The translations under genes were made by a program, and so were the position numbers. A model generated the notes under the pieces. The model ran no database searches. It saw only the letters and a list, made by a program, of their open reading frames with translations, and was not told where the DNA came from. Positions 39,168-52,200 of a stretch of 64,000 bases of DNA are shown here, piece by piece; position 1 is the first letter of the stretch; the number at the start of each line of letters is the position of its first letter. This DNA comes from Yuukianura sp. NJ FZ-2021 (Eukaryota): the NCBI GenBank assembly GCA_046563655.1, contig CM102285.1, positions 12,462,001 through 12,526,000 on the forward strand, in the 5' to 3' direction.

Positions 39168-39474
39168 AGTCAGAAGAATTTGAATCTCTTTAGGAGCTTG
39201 AAGATGAAGATGAATTTGGCATAAGCAGAACAAGCAATCACATGCACAACTGTTAAATTCACATCGTTTTTTGAAGCGATTACTTTTCTGGAAGAAGACA
39301 TTGCATTGGCTGGAAAGGTAACGCGGATTAAGTTAAACAATTTTGAATTACAATTGTTGTAGATTTTGGTTCTATTGTAACTTTTAAGTTTGAAAAACCT
39401 ACGACTTATGGATATAATTTGATCCTTTTAGGTCAAAAGGTCAACTGGAGTTTTCGTTGTGACTGTGAGTCGTG

Positions 39475-42415
39475 ATGAAGTACATTTTGGTAACTGGAGG
39501 AGTGATCAGTGGCATTGGAAAGGGTGTCATTGCTTCATCAATTGGAACGATTTTGAAATGCTGTGGACTACGCGTGACGGCAATTAAAATTGATCCGTAC
39601 ATTAACATCGATGCGGGCACTTTTTCACCCTATGAACATGGTATGTGTAGAGGTCACGTTCGTGACCTTTGAGTATATACACGAGAGGAGCAGACAGAAC
39701 TTCGTAACGAACTTATTTTGTATCACAGGCGAAGTATACGTTTTGGATGATGGCGGCGAAGTTGATCTGGATTTGGGAAATTACGAACGATTTCTGGATG
39801 TTACCCTGCATTCCGATAACAACATCACCACTGGGAAAATCTATCAGCATGTCATCAACAAGGAACGGAAGGGAGACTACCTTGGAAAAACCGTTCAAGG
39901 TAACCAAGAAACGTTTATATTAAACTTGTATTTTGGTAATTTAAAGTTTGATACTGAAACGTTAAGTGGTTTGACTTATAGTGGTTCCGCATATTACCGA
40001 TGCCGTACAAGAATGGGTCTCTAATGAAGCCAAACGTCCAGTGACTGCAGAAAATTTGGAACCTGAGGTTAGTGCTTTACTTTAAGCAACTTAATCGTCC
40101 ATACTACATAACCCCGGTGAACCTACTTAAAGATATCTTACTTAACGTTTTCGCTTTCCTACTTTCTTAGGTCTGCATTATCGAACTTGGTGGAACAATT
40201 GGTGACATCGAGGGAATGCCATTCGTTGAAGCTTTTCGTCAGTTCCAGTTCCGTGTTGCAAAGGAGAATTTCTTCGTCGTCCATGTGTCTTTAGTACCCC
40301 AGGTACAGCTCATTCCACTACCCGTGTCACGCTCACTTCCGGAGTTTCATGCAGCGAACGTATAAGTTTTAATAATCAACCTTGGATTACAAAATTATGT
40401 TTTAATTTCAGCCGAAATCTACAAAGGAACAGAAAACAAAGCCGACACAGTCATCAGTACGCGAGCTGCGTGGTCTCGGCCTGTCCCCAGATCTGATTGT
40501 TTGTCGCTCGGAGAATTTGATCGGTCAAGCAGTCAAGGACAAAATCTCAAATTTTTGTCACGTCGCACCTTCCCAAGTAAGATGAATTAACAACATTTCG
40601 AACAATTTTTGTGAGTTTGATTGACAGTTGTTTATATTTTGTCTTCTACTCAGGTCGTTTGCATTCATGGTAAGGTATACACTGCCTTTTGTTATCAGTA
40701 CTCACATTCCTCCAGTATTTTGCAACTAATTTCCAATGTTTCTGTAGATTGTAGCTCCATTTACCGTGTTCCGTTGTTACTGGAAGAACAAGGAGTTGTG
40801 GATACATTCCGAGACAGACTTTGTCTACCTATTCCATTTCCAACTCCTAAGAATTTGATGGGCAAATGGAAAATACTGGCTGACAGCACCGAGAAGTTAA
40901 CCGAACCAGTGACGATTGTTCTCGTCGGAAAATACACCGAATTTGAGGATTCTTATGCTTCAGTTACAAAATCTCTACGACATGCTGCTCGCATCGCCGA
41001 ACGAAAATTGATTCTCAATGTAAGTTTCTACTTTTCGTTTTTAAGTTCAACAATTTTGAAGCGATTTGAGTATTTCTTAATATTCGGAAACTTTTTTTTT
41101 CAGTACATCGATGCTGAAAATTTGGAAGAAGATAGTGAACATTCCAATGGAGTAAAATATCATGAATCTTGGAAGGAACTGTGCTCGGCAGAGTAATGAA
41201 ATCCATTTTATTTTTATACGACGGTGTGAGAACAGTTCAATCATTGACCTTTGTTGACCTTTGACCTATGATTTGATGAATTCTGTTCCAGTGGTGTCAT
41301 TGTTCCCGGAGGTTTTGGAAAACGTGGCGTTGAGGGGAAGATTTTGGCAGCGAAATGGTGCAGAATTAACGAAAAGCCATTTCTTGGTATCTGTCTCGGA
41401 CTCCAGGCAGCAGTCATAGAATTTGCGAGGTACAATGGCGATAACTCTTATTATGTGCATAAGCATATTTTAGGCTCACCGACAGTAATTTGGTGGTACT
41501 TGACCTTAACCTAAGTTAATCTAACTTTTATGAACTTCTTGATATAGAAACGTTCTGGGATACAAAGATGCCAATTCAACAGAGATGGAACCCGAGACGA
41601 GCACTCCAGTTGTAATCGAAATGCCGGAACACCATACTGGACAAATGGGTGGAACAATGCGATTGGGCCTTCGAACAACGATTTTCGAAAAAGAAAAACA
41701 TTCCGTTTTGCGTAAAGTCAAAATTATGGAATTTTAGGTTTCGAATTTTGAACTTATCCTGGATTTCGATTTTTAGGTGCTTTGTACGGCAATAAACCAC
41801 AGATAGACGAACGTCATCGTCACCGCTATGAAGTCAATCCTCAATTCGTCGACGAATTTGAACAAGCTGGTCTTTCTTTTGTCGGTAAGATAAAAACACA
41901 CTAAACAAAATTAACCTTAGTCTTGACAAATTAATGCGGAACAACTACTAAAATCTAACCGTAAGCCTAATTTAAGGTAAGCAAAACATAACCAAAAGTT
42001 AATGGTTTTGTGCTTTACAGGGAAAGATGACACAGGTCAACGAATGGAAGCTCTCGAAATTCCTGCACATCCTTTCTATGTAGCAGTTCAATACCATCCA
42101 GAGTAAGTTTGAACTTAGTTCTGGTAATTGAATTTTGAGCAGATTTCATAGTTGCCCCACGTAACTATCTGTCCATTACGCTCATTACTTATTGGTACTA
42201 ACAATTTGTTATTTGTTAGTACTGTATTTATTATTTGTTACACGTTTGAATTTATTATATTCATTAAAAATGTCATTTTATTTAGATATTTGAGTCGTCC
42301 GATGAGGCCATCACCAACCTACCTTGGTTTACTGTTGGCTGCCAGTGGACAACTAGCGTCTCACTTGGATAATCCGTCGATCCTGCTCTCTGGCAAAGAA
42401 ACATCGATGTTCTAA
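39475..42415 (+). CDS. CTPsyn: CTP synthase
   Basis: [66 protein letters not shown] (catalytic Cys), [16 protein letters not shown]. Confidence 0.98.
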
Positions 42416-43148
42416 ATCATGACCTTTGACACTTCTATCTCTTTTTACTTAAATTTCTATTACACAGTGTATCTAGACAATCATGAACAAAAAACTAGCG
42501 TTTTGAATCTCTTTTCAGAACTAAATAAACAAAGTCAACAAATATTTTTATTTGATTGACAAAAATTGTACTGGCTAGCACTCGTTTCTACCGGATTGGA
42601 TCTTTTTAATGAATAGCCTGAAGAGATTAAACTAGAATTAAATTAATGAACTGCCTTCAGCTCATTAATTTATTATTTGTATAAATGTGTTTTAGAGAGC
42701 TGGAAGCAAATTGCCTCGGGCAAGTGGAACGAGAATTGAACTGTGTTTTCATGTCATGTAGAAATCCTGCTACGATCCAATAGGGTTAGTAGTAAAATGA
42801 ACCGGAAATGAAAAAATCTATTTAACATTACATGACCTACGAATAACGCAAGTGGTGGTGGTTACTACAATATAAAAGTCGTCTCGTAAGACTACACATC
42901 GACATCAAGACATCGTACATACGTGTAAGTTGTTAACGTTTTATTCGTTGTGATAGTATGTGGTACTTCGATAGTTCGAGATACCTCACAAAAAAAACGT
43001 TTTTGTCACTTCAGAAAGCAGAAAACGTTTAAAAGTCGTAGTTTAATGTTAACTAAAACTGTTGAAAACGTGTTTTAAGTGAAAGTAAAGGTCAAAGTGA
43101 AAGCACAAGTACTAATTGCTTTCACTTGAACAGGTACATGAGAGGCAG

Positions 43149-43290
43149 TTGCGCATGCGTGAGGTGAATTTTCTTTTCACCGTGTAAAGGTATTCCCCGC
43201 GAATTTTGGGGAGGGAGGAGGGGGAGTTTGTTTTGGTTTTTCCTCTCATGTGTTCCTCGCCCTCCCGCTGGATCTTCTTCAGTCTCCAAC
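43149..43290 (+). promoter_or_regulatory. Putative promoter of the long downstream gene
   Basis: NRF1/Ewg-like TGCGCATGCG at about 43150 and Inr-like TCAGTC at about 43278, followed by a C/T-rich exon ending in a strong donor (AAG|GTAAG at 43453/43454). Confidence 0.45.
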
Positions 43291-46200
43291 TTCTCTTCAT
43301 CTGGAACACACGTCTTACAAGTGATCTCTTCACTTCTTCACACCTACTACTCAATTATTGATCAATTCAATCAACACTGCTTCTGTTGATTACTTCAATC
43401 GTCTCGGACATCCAACGATTCAGTCGTCATCTTTGGTTTTACATCTACAAAAGGTAAGCCTTCATTTTATTCATTCATTCGCTTATTGTTATCTTCCCAG
43501 CATCCCATCTGTGATATTGAGGTATTACTACACAAAGGATATTGCTCTTCAATTTGGATTCGACGTGTGTCAGAAGTCATTTGTAGGGAGGGGTTGATTA
43601 TAGTACCTAGTTAGGTTAATTAGAAATGAAGGGTGACATCTTATTATTGTTTATAACGTAATTTTATATTCCAATGCTCGAGTGTACTCTGTTTTACACG
43701 TTTTAGTTTTTAGTTTAATTGGATTTTGCTTGTCACTTTGCCTAAGTCACTTTCAGGAGCTCTTAACTCCATCGCCCACTTTCGTTTTTCGAAAATCCCG
43801 ATTCGTTATTTATTAATCAATTGACCTGATTCGAATTACTAAGAGCCAAATTTTAGTTTTACTTTCTCTTATTAGTTTTTCGTTTTCCGCCATACACAGT
43901 TTTGAATTTTGAAGTCCGACGTTTTAAGTCTTTTTTACGAGATTTCAAGAATAGTACGACTGTTAACGCAGGGAGAAAATAGGTCGACTAGAAAATACTT
44001 TTTCTTTCCAAACACCGCACAACTAGTTTGAGTTTGACTCAAATGTCTGTAGTTGATTCTGAATTCGAAAGTTCAAGTGGGGAACGTTCTGAAACAGTAG
44101 TGAAACAGTGAAAGTGATCACTCCTTAGTAAAAAAAAACCTTTCATAAACTTTCTCTTTAGTTGGGACGTGTCTTCCACAAAAGGCTTTCACTTCTACAG
44201 TTTCCTCCTTCAACGCATAGTTTTTACGAACAATTCAAATGGCCTCAGGGGTTCGCTTTCTCTTTTTCCTTCCATCGAATTTTTCGCCACGAAAAATATT
44301 CCTTTTCCCCCATTCCTCACGTTCTTTCTCCAATGAAAGAATATCTAAAAAGCACCAAGAAATTTTCATACCAAGCTTCTCTACTGAATGCTAATGAAAT
44401 TCTAAATTGGATTTTGATTTCATGCATGCTGGAGTTTTAAAAAAATAGAATCGAAACCTAATCAGTTCAGTTTTAAAATTTTCCAATTTTGTGCATGTTT
44501 TGGAGAATGTGGGGCGTATTTTGGTTTTTGGTTGGCAAGAAGCAGAGTAAAAGTAGTCCATTAATCATGGTTGTGAAGATTACTGATCTGGAAGGAAGTT
44601 GTGAAAGGTCATTTGGCCCTAAAGTTCAAACTATTCTTCTAAATCATAGAGTATAACATAACATTTCTTTTCTTTTTTTCTTTGTGAATTAACTCAAAAC
44701 TTTTTGAATGAAAACGTGAGTGGTTTTTTGTTCTGTTGGGAACCTCATAGCCGGTTCTATTTTGTCATAAATTTGGGCGGAAATGATGCATTTGCTTTCT
44801 TTTGTCTACTGAAGAAAAAGTAGGACTTGAGTTGTGCATGTCCTCAGCAGGCAAAGCAGGAGCATAGTGAGAGTCTAACATAATGGGACATGTTTATCTG
44901 GGCCATTAAGTTGTCAGTGTCATAGGACTGATAATGCCAGAACTAGGCAGGGGAAAGGCAGTTCGTTTAATTAAACGGAGAAAGAAATGGAGAAGGCTTT
45001 CCCCTTGTCCAATCATTCTCCATTAATTTTGAGCAGGAAAATAACACTGACGGTGACCTACATGCTGACCTCTGCTGTTGTTTCCCCCCATTGCTCTTGT
45101 TACGCACGTTATCAGTTCAGTTTGAACCACCAATACCTGTGATAAATTTTTTTTCCTGTTTTTGAAAAAAATTTACATTTGCTGGAATTTTAGTTGCCCA
45201 AATTATTTTTCGAGTTTTCATTTGTTTTTGTTAAAACGTGTGACGTTCAAATGACATTTCCAAAATAACTTGTGAAATTGAATGATTGCAAAGATTCGTT
45301 TTTCGGCGGGGTCAATAGTCATAGATTTTGTGGAAATTGGAACCGAATTTTAGAATTGAGCAAAACTGGAACTTAATTTTGCCACAAACCCCGGAACCGG
45401 GTGACTTCCATTGTGTCGTTGCAAAAATGACTGCGGGGCAACTGTTTCCTTCGCCTGGGCCTAAATCTTGTGGCCTCTTGACACAATTTGTGTTAGTGGG
45501 ATGAAGAGGGAGAAAGTGGGAAAAGTAGAGTCAACAGTTCCAGTGAACTGTGTCTCTCCATAATGTGTTTTTGTAGGATATAATGTAATTTACGGTTGTC
45601 GCCATTTCTTGTGCTAGGCCAAGGGCTTGTGGACTGTGGAGACAATTTCATTACCTACTTTCACTTTCCGTCTTTTCTCAATGGGCAATTGTGAGACCTG
45701 AGAGAGCCATAAGGAGCCAAGGGAAAGTCTCCTTTCCTAGCACTAACAAAAGTGTAAGTAAGTTTTCCATCTTATTTGGGAGGCGAAAGCTTAAACTGCT
45801 CTAGGAAATTGGTTAGTGGTAAGTGAAAAATGGTTATGACGAAGAACGGAACCTTAAAACTCAAACGGCTAGATTTTTTTTGGAAAGGTATGACAAATTT
45901 CAACATGAGGTTCTTCAATTTTCATAATTTAAAGTGCAATTTTGAAGGATTTCTAATTTTGAAGGTTTTAGTAAATGAAATGAATTATTCTGTGTGAGGA
46001 TGATGCTGCGATGCCCGCAGAGTTCCAGGGTTTTTGATATTCAAAGGGAATCAGAGTGAAAGTGGAATTGGATTGAGTCGTCAAGTGGGAAATGCGTTGC
46101 ATGAAATGGAATAAAATATGTGGGTTTGCATGGTAAGAGTTCCGGGTCAGTCCTTGACAGCTTTATGTAGAGAAAGTAATGAAAAAGCAACAAGGTTTAA

Positions 46201-49200
46201 ATTCGTAATGGCCACTTTCTCTCTGAGGGATTCTGGAAATATTAATGAAGTCACAAAGTCGCAGTTCTTAGCAAAATATTTGGAAAAAAAGTGTAACTAT
46301 ATAATTAACTTTTTTACGAGTACGTTTACAGCATCTATGTTTTTAGAAACGTAGCTCATCGTTTGCGAAAATGTGAATCGCTCGACAGTTTTTAGAAGCT
46401 AGTTTTGCTTTTAGAAACTAGTTTAGAAACCATTTTTTTTTTGAAAAGGTGATCTGCATTTCTGTTGAAAATGAGGTCGGAGTGGAGTCAGAGTTTCTGA
46501 AAATGAGTAATTTGGCAGATGAATGGCTGAACGGCTAAAGTTTACTACGTTGCTTTCACTTTTGACGATTACAAATTCTCTGTTTGACCTTGTCCTGTTC
46601 CTGTTTAGGTTACTTGACGTTAACAACCGGTTCATTTTCGGATGAATTTAAAAAGAAGAAGGCTTAAAATAGCAGGGAAGCATCTGGAAACGGAACAGTA
46701 GCGGAGTTGCTCACTGTTTTCTTTGAAACTAACCAGAATTCGGTATATCATCATCCTGGATTCGCTGGGAAATGACTCAAGGATTTTTTTGCAATAAATT
46801 TGGCAGTAAAAATTCGGCTTCTTTGAACAAACGCAAATTTGGCACACAGAATTTTTTTCTGGATTTTGCAGGGTTCTAGCAGAAAATGATGGAAGGAAAG
46901 TTGGGAAGGACAAAAAAATGAATTTTTGAAACTTTTGTGAAATTTCGTGGAAAGCAGGAGCTTTTGTGAATTTGTAAAGTGTTTGTTGGGGTAAAAGTTG
47001 CGGTGGAGTTGAGGGGAGGTGGTGTGGCTGGAGAATTTTGATGGCAACGTGCCTTCAAAATTGTGGAAGGATGAATTTGAAGGGAAGTGATGAATGTAAG
47101 CGTAGGACGAAATCCATCGTTGTGGCAAGGGAGTGTCAGATGATCTCAAGTGGGAAGTAAATCTTGTGGAGGGAACAAGATCAGATACAAAGTACTTGGA
47201 GATAAGTGATACACTTCCAAGAGGCCCTTCGTCATCTGAGATCAGTGGCACTGGATGTGTAAGTCCCCGCACACTCACTTTACATGTCAAAGGGGAAGTC
47301 AGTGGATGAATAATTTAGGAACTCTGACTGTGACTCCTCAACCTCACGAGTTTTTTACTTTTACCGCAGGAGCTTACTTTCTCTCCTTGTAACTTGTAGA
47401 CTAAAACCCAAAGTTTCTGACGTTTCGGTAAATATTTAAAGACAATCCCATTATTTTGAGTATTTTGAAATTTTAGATTTTGAGGAACAGTTCGAAATGG
47501 CAGTTTGAGAAGTTTTCGGATTTGGAAAATCCGGGAGAGGGACAGGACAGGACGCATTCTTTCGTGATTTTTTTTTCTAGCCGAGAAATACAAGTCGCGA
47601 TGTCATGATTAATGGCTTGTGACAAAGTATGCGTAAAGAATTCGGGTAAAGTTAGACTAATTTTGGCATGAACAATAGGTTAGGCTTGGATAAAATTAAG
47701 CAAGAAGTAGAGATTTCAAAAATAGAGTGAGGATGTTGCTTGTTTTTGTGCTTTGAAATTCTGCGGCGAGAAGGTTTGAATGAAATTTTCGAAAATTGTG
47801 GGGGCTGGAGCATTTTTGCCATTTTTTGTACTTTGAACTCTAAAATTAAGCAGCCGAGAAGAGAAACCGAAAATTGCATCAGTTCAAAAAGATATTTTGG
47901 GTGCAGAATAATTAAGTGGTTCTTGATGTGCTGCATTCGAATGATTTGCCTTTTGCCTCTTGTCTTCAAGTTTTACCCGGGAAATTACGTGCTTGGAGTA
48001 GAGAAGTGGAGTGAAAGCACTCAAATGTTAATTTTGTTACATTTTCCTTTGTGTTACTTCATGTTCTAATTTAAGTCAGGAGTAGAATTTTGATTCAGAC
48101 GAGCGGAATAATTCGATTGCTGTAGCGGAGGAGTTTTGGTTGATCCACCAAAATTTCCGTTAATTCAAGAGTCATAAGTTAAAGAAAGTTTGATGAGAAA
48201 TGGGAAAGTTGGCAGGGAGAAAGTCTTTGTTCAAAAACTTTGGTGTATAAAACAATAACTTTTGTTTCTTTTATGATTAGAGAGGATGAGCATAAGCGCC
48301 AAAGTTTCTTGATGTAAAGATTAACCTACTTTATGTCTTTCCGCCTTAACAATCTTTGAGTCAGGGGAAAGGAATCTGCTTTTGCTCATCCTTTGTCTTA
48401 ACTTTCTCTTCTTTTGTATGGTCTTGTGCTGCTGTGTCTTAAGTTGGCGTGTTAGGTTAACTTTTAGTGGTTGGTGGTATTTTTGTTCTCATCCTTGAGG
48501 CTAAAGGATGTTGAGATCAATGGAACATTTAATTATGGATTAAGTTTGTGAGCCAAAAACCATAAATTTTAGTACTAAACTATTAAGTGCTGGTCCATAT
48601 TTCTCCCACAAATTGGGAAATGATGGCACAAAGTTTTGGGGGAAAGAACTAATTAGAATAAAGTGAAGGAAGATGAACTTTCTTACAAAGGGGAAAGCAA
48701 TAAAGCAAGCGCAGAAGCGAAATTTTTGGCGGATCTCGGCGCAGAAAATAGTTTCGCAACATGTCACGCCCGTTTACTGATGAAGAAAAAGTTGATAGAA
48801 TCTTTTGGTGTTTTAGTTTGCCAGGTCGGCTTAGTTTTCTCCTGTTTGTTAGAAGAATTGGAAATTGAAGGCAGAGGATTTCGGAATTGCTTTAATAAAA
48901 CTTTTGTTTTGATTCTGTTAAAACTGTTTTTAAAAAAACTTATACTACAATCTGGACTCTAGAATTTTGACCGTCTTGTTCCCGTTCCCAGGATAAATTC
49001 TGATGAAAGTGGAGGTAATAATAGAGTGACTGAAATAGAAATGAATCGGTTTTTGGATTATATTTAATCATGGGGTAATTTAGGGGTACTTAAGGGTACC
49101 TTCTACTCCGCCCTTCCCTTCTCCCGTACCTTGGGTGTTGATTTGTATGAAGGACTTGACGGAAATACAAGGTAATAAAAATAATAGTTACTTGTTCTGA

Positions 49201-52200
49201 TGAATTTTGAACAGAGACTGATTGTTTACAGATTTTTTGCTTAAAAACTTAACAGTAATTTGTTTAAGGTGCCTTATATTGGAAGTACTCCGCTTTTGGC
49301 TCTCGAATATTTTTATTTTTACTTTTGAATAGAAACAGAATCATTTTCAGTCTTTCTGTTGTTCAAAAAAGTTTTAAAACGATAGCCAATCTTTTTAATA
49401 TGTAATTCTCCAGTTAGAAATAAATCCAATCCGCTGTACGACTTGTTTTAGTTGACTCTTCTAGGAAAAGAAAAGCTTCCGGGATGAAAATTTTAAATTT
49501 TCAAAATTGTCATTTCAAAATTTAATTTGGCGAATATTGAATTTTTTTTTTAAAGGTTTTTTCCGCGGTTAGATTAGATAATTTTTTGTTTTTTTTTTAT
49601 TTTACCTTGTGACGATCTCGCAATTTCTGCCAAAGTTGATGATACGAAATAAGGCTCCAATTATGGAAAGTATAATTCAGACGTTTCTCTTTTGAATTTT
49701 GAACTGTATTTTTGCTCATTTTTTTTTTGAGAACTAGGTTAATTCAAAAACAGTAGGGCTACTGAAGTATAATATGTGGAAATGGAGTGCTTATTTTGAT
49801 TACCTTTCTACTTTACGCTAGATTACTTCTTAGAAATTCTGTTCAGGTTTTTACAAAAATAAAATTGAAGTTGGTTCTATGAATAGGGTGGAGAAAGTTG
49901 CGGAGAAAATTGCCATAATTTTGTTCTGAATTGCGAATGTGATATCATGAAGGTACTTTCTACTTTTTTTTTGCTTGAATTTTTTAAGAAATCATGAAAA
50001 GTTAAGTTGAAACCGGAGAAAAGGGAAACAGGGCAGAAAATTGAGAATTGCTCTCCATTTTTTTTACGCAACCAATCACCATTGGCTTACTTTCTTTTGA
50101 AAATGGCAACTCTTGAAAAAAAATTGCAAGGATTCTTGAAATTAAAAAGGATCAAATGTCTATGGAATGTAAAGAATTTTCTTACTTTGGTAAAGCTTTG
50201 AATCTAGAAGATCCATAACTTTCAGCAGTTTATGCGGAAAAGAGAGATTTATGTGTAGGATTATACGCCTTTTGGCAAAGAGGGTGAAACCGGGACACTG
50301 GAATTTGCATTGGCATGGATTGAAGTTCATGTCGTCTGGATGGCACTTTCTTTTTCGAGACGGCACTTTATATGTGTTATGTTTATTGTAGTAAGGACTC
50401 GGATTTGGTCAGAGAAAGAGTGCCAGTGTGTGGAGAGATTTTCGGTTGCATGATGGCCTCGTGAATTTTCTTTTGCACGAAATCCCATATAAAGTTCAAA
50501 TGACAAATCCATAGAGAAAGGGGGAAGGACGACTGCTTTTACTTCTCATATAAGTTGAGGAAATGACCTCATTTGAATTTTCATGTATTGTGTGATCCTG
50601 GATACAAAATGTTGCAATTCTTTTTTTTCCAACTCATTTTAAACATGATTTATAATTTTATTTTTACAGATTTCTGAAGCAAAAGAGCAAAAACTGCTTT
50701 GCGTATTTGGTTTCGGAGGGGCTTCAAGCACACGCCGTATTTTGAAGAAAATCGACTCCAAGGTAAGAGAAAGTTTTTTGATGCGTTGCTTTTTTCTTAC
50801 GGAGGAATTTTAAAATTGAAGAGTGCAGATTTGGTGCTCAAGTTGTGGGAGGAGAGTTTATGAAAATTGTTATGGAGGATTTTGCTGGAACTAAAAAAAC
50901 TGAGGTTGTGTTTTCTGACTGGAGAAAGTTGTAATTAAATGGAAGCGACACACAAGGCACGAACTTAGGAGAAAGTTGCTTTTTTAGTGGAAACCTCCCG
51001 CAGGCTCTTGTTTCTCTCCACCTTCTACTTAAGTTAATTAACTTTTAATAATAACACCTCTGAAACCACAACGCTAAACCAAAAAAAGTGGCACTCAACC
51101 CAAATTATCTGGAGTTTCCCTTGGGCTAACATTTTGCATTTAGAATTTTAGCAGAGGTAGACTAAATCTACAGGCTTGGTCTACGTCTGAATTTGCTTTT
51201 CCTTAAAGTCTCACAAACGAATTTTGGTTTTCGATTTAAAAACATAGTTTGAATTCAGATTGTTGTTTTTGTCCGTGTCATTTTGCCTAGCGGTACGTTT
51301 TGCGCTAATTTGAGGTTAGAATTAGAAACTTGAAACTTGTGAATTTAGGTTGGTTATGGTTTTGGTGTCTTAAGTAATTGCGAATGTTGGAAGTGAAAGA
51401 TTAGCTGCGAAGTGGCTGGGCAGAGAGAAGTGTAACAAGGGAGGAAGATGAGGAGATTGTGAAGATATCGTTGACGGGTTAAGGAAGATCGATTGTGATG
51501 GCAAAGCCAAGGCGGAGACGAGCGACAAAGTTTCTTCCTCCTCTGCGTCTTTTCTCCTTCAGTGCGTCTCAGGCGTCAAAGCTTTCTCGACTTTTCCTTC
51601 GCTTCAACAGTTCCAATTCCAATAGTTTCTGTGCCGCTTGAGAGTGAAAGGACGTGGCTTAAAGTTCACATCATTAGTTACTACGTTCCTACCCTACCCT
51701 CCTGCTTTTGTGTGTTTTGATTGAAGGAAATGTTAAATATTTACTAAAAAGTGGAAAATGTCACGAGGGAATGGATGTCCAATTTTAGAATTTCAGATTC
51801 GACTGAAGGAGACTGAAAGGTTTCTCTTTCTAGTGCAAAAAGCAGGAGTCTGTTTAACTTTCACTCGCTTTTTGTTGAAAAGTGAAAGGGAATGTCAAAT
51901 TTGTCTCTTCTGTGTTCCTGTTCAAATGGGTTGAAATGAAAAGAGGGAAGATCAGATGTCAAATGGGTGACACGTCCTTTCCCTGTCGCGCTGCTTCAAT
52001 CGGAATCTTTTTGTTCAAAGGAATCGACGCAGAGAAAGTTCTTTTGGGAAGCTTTTTTTGCTTTTTCTGTTTGGATGGACGTGCGGGATTTAATTTTTTT
52101 CTTACGCTGCAACTGATGCTGTTGAAAAGCGACGAAGTGCGTTTTTCTTTCGTGTTTTAGATGAAAAGGAAGTAAGCGAGAAAGAGTGATCTTGGTAAGG

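Noticed and set aside
50163..50176. 14-nt match to the 5' part of miR-1 (TGGAATGTAAAGAA)
   Set aside because: The 3' part diverges and there is no complementary precursor arm.
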